This document shows positions 26,925 to 27,984 of a stretch of DNA of 27,984 nucleotides, in pieces. The notes under the pieces are model-generated. The model searched no databases, was not told the origin of the DNA, and was given only the letters and a program-made list of their open reading frames with translations. Made by a program: the position numbers and the translations under genes. Each line of letters starts with the position of its first letter. Position 1 is the stretch's first letter. This DNA comes from a virus (taxonomy: Duplodnaviria > Caudoviricetes), in the IMG/VR virus record IMGVR_UViG_3300043414_000575, positions 1 through 27,984 of that record; one strand, written 5' to 3'.

Positions 26925-27105
26925 ATGCTGATCCACCAGTATGAGAGAGCAACATTTGGGTCTGAAAGAAACTCTCACGAGCCTCCTCAAACCCATCGTC
27001 ATAGCCCCTCTCATAGGCTTCTCTAAGAGCCTTTTCTATTTCGGTTTCTGGTTGTTTAGAGAATTCGCCACTTCCCGGTTCATGTTGCTGACAATTTCTA
27101 CGCAT
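26923..27105 (-). CDS. Small hypothetical protein (start uncertain)
   Basis: C-terminal IEKALREAYERGYDDGFEEA..HTGGSA looks coding; the ATG start overlaps the upstream gene by 70 nt. Confidence 0.45.
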   Translation of the reverse strand: MRRNCQQHEPGSGEFSKQPETEIEKALREAYERGYDDGFEEARESFFQTQMLLSHTGGSA

Positions 27106-27260
27106 CTTTGATGTTCCTTTGCAGCAATCATTGGTTCAACGTAAGCCGCAATCTTATGGGCAAATTGAACAATGTCCACTTCATCTGCAATAAGAGCATT
27201 GGGTTCATGCTGATCACAGTAGAAAAAGATTTGCTTAACGGTTTCTTCACTCAATTGCAT
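27036..27260 (-). CDS. Hypothetical protein (74 aa)
   Basis: Tightly packed in the - strand operon; plausible helical protein. Confidence 0.7.
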   Translation of the reverse strand: MQLSEETVKQIFFYCDQHEPNALIADEVDIVQFAHKIAAYVEPMIAAKEHQRCVEIVSNMNREVANSLNNQKPK

Positions 27261-27462
27261 TTTTTACTTTCCAAAGTTCCCAGTTGATAACAGTTGTACG
27301 AGCAATAGATCGTGAGGTCATTGCTTTGTATTGGTTTAGTTCGCTGTCGAGAAAATCTTCAACGATTATGTTTTTTTCAAGAAACATTTCATGTCTCTCT
27401 GCTTGAATGGCATTGTCAAAGAGAGTGCCATCAGTAGTTTTATATGCTTGTATTTTTTCCAT
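27247..27462 (-). CDS. Hypothetical protein (71 aa)
   Basis: Starts 2 nt after the nuclease stop; AYKTTDGTLF..AERHE motif. Confidence 0.7.
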   Translation of the reverse strand: MEKIQAYKTTDGTLFDNAIQAERHEMFLEKNIIVEDFLDSELNQYKAMTSRSIARTTVINWELWKVKNAIE

Positions 27463-27464
27463 GA

Positions 27465-27983
27465 TCAGAATTGATTTTTAAGTTGCCAAAATTCAAGAAG
27501 GGAAAGGAACATCTTCCATCCGCGAACGAGGTCTTCCTCACTCCACTCCTTGACCACTACTAAGTTAGGCACATTTCTGCTCACAAAAACATTGGCACAT
27601 CGAGCATTTGGAATGCCCAGGCCCACTCGGTAAGCCGCCAACTGCATCAGATGCTCATCATACCCCTCAACTTTTTTGGTGTCGGTGAATTCCTTGGTTT
27701 TAATATCAACGACAGCATTGAGGGTGCCAGTGCAAAATAGATCGCACTTACCGCCAAAACCGAACTCATGTGAGAATGATCTTTCGGAAATCCAAATGGC
27801 GTCTCCAAAGTGTTCGGTGATTGCTTTGGTACAGGCATCAACACTCTCTTGGTGTTTTCCTGTTGGTCTATCTTCATAATGTCCTTGAATTGATGCATGG
27901 ATAGCAGTTCCCGCATCCGCCGCAGACCGACCCTGTTCTTTGGAATCGCTGATGATTCGCTCGATGTATTCCTTTTCAGGTTC
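27465..27983 (-). CDS. PD-(D/E)xK (RecB/Cas4-like) exonuclease, 5' truncated
   Basis: Manual translation gives one open frame: EPEKEY..AGTAIH..ISERSF..GGKCDL..VVDIKTK..LMQLAAY..KNQF*. The track shows only its last 60 aa. Confidence 0.88.
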   Translation of the reverse strand, partial: EPEKEYIERIISDSKEQGRSAADAGTAIHASIQGHYEDRPTGKHQESVDACTKAITEHFGDAIWISERSFSHEFGFGGKCDLFCTGTLNAVVDIKTKEFTDTKKVEGYDEHLMQLAAYRVGLGIPNARCANVFVSRNVPNLVVVKEWSEEDLVRGWKMFLSLLEFWQLKNQF

Positions 27984-27984
27984 G

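Noticed and set aside
27647-27916. 89-aa - strand ORF suggesting a split nuclease
   Set aside because: Wrong frame; the nuclease is continuous from 27983 to 27465 in another frame.
1-27984. Stop-codon reassignment, tRNA genes, introns/inteins
   Set aside because: Genes tile tightly under the standard code using TAA, TGA and TAG; no intergenic room or motifs for tRNAs, and no interrupted genes seen.

Overview
Late (virion morphogenesis) region of a tailed dsDNA phage with podovirus-like architecture. The + strand carries the 3' part of a Mu gpT-like major capsid gene, capsid-associated and basic GG-motif proteins, two adaptor-like proteins, a multi-part tail fibre with an Asp-box beta-propeller tip, a complex lysis cassette (up to three holin-like genes plus a GH24 endolysin), a P22 gp10-like tail nozzle, and five large ejection/internal proteins ending in a lytic transglycosylase. 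These converge at a terminator (~26900) with a - strand block of small ORFs and a PD-(D/E)xK nuclease. No tail tube, sheath, tRNA, CRISPR array or integrase was recognised. Best leads: (1) a dnaX-style -1 frameshift cassette (internal SD, A_AAA_AAA, 9-bp stem) in the 407-aa basic protein, where both isoforms end in GG..Cys; (2) a [FYMLK]-x-x-G-G motif shared by four late proteins that also links the modules of an apparent polyprotein; (3) a T4 T-like holin with a GAF-like domain beside RI/RIII-sized genes (possible lysis inhibition); (4) strong CCWGG avoidance. Family calls come from motif recognition by eye, not database searches, and all counts are manual.
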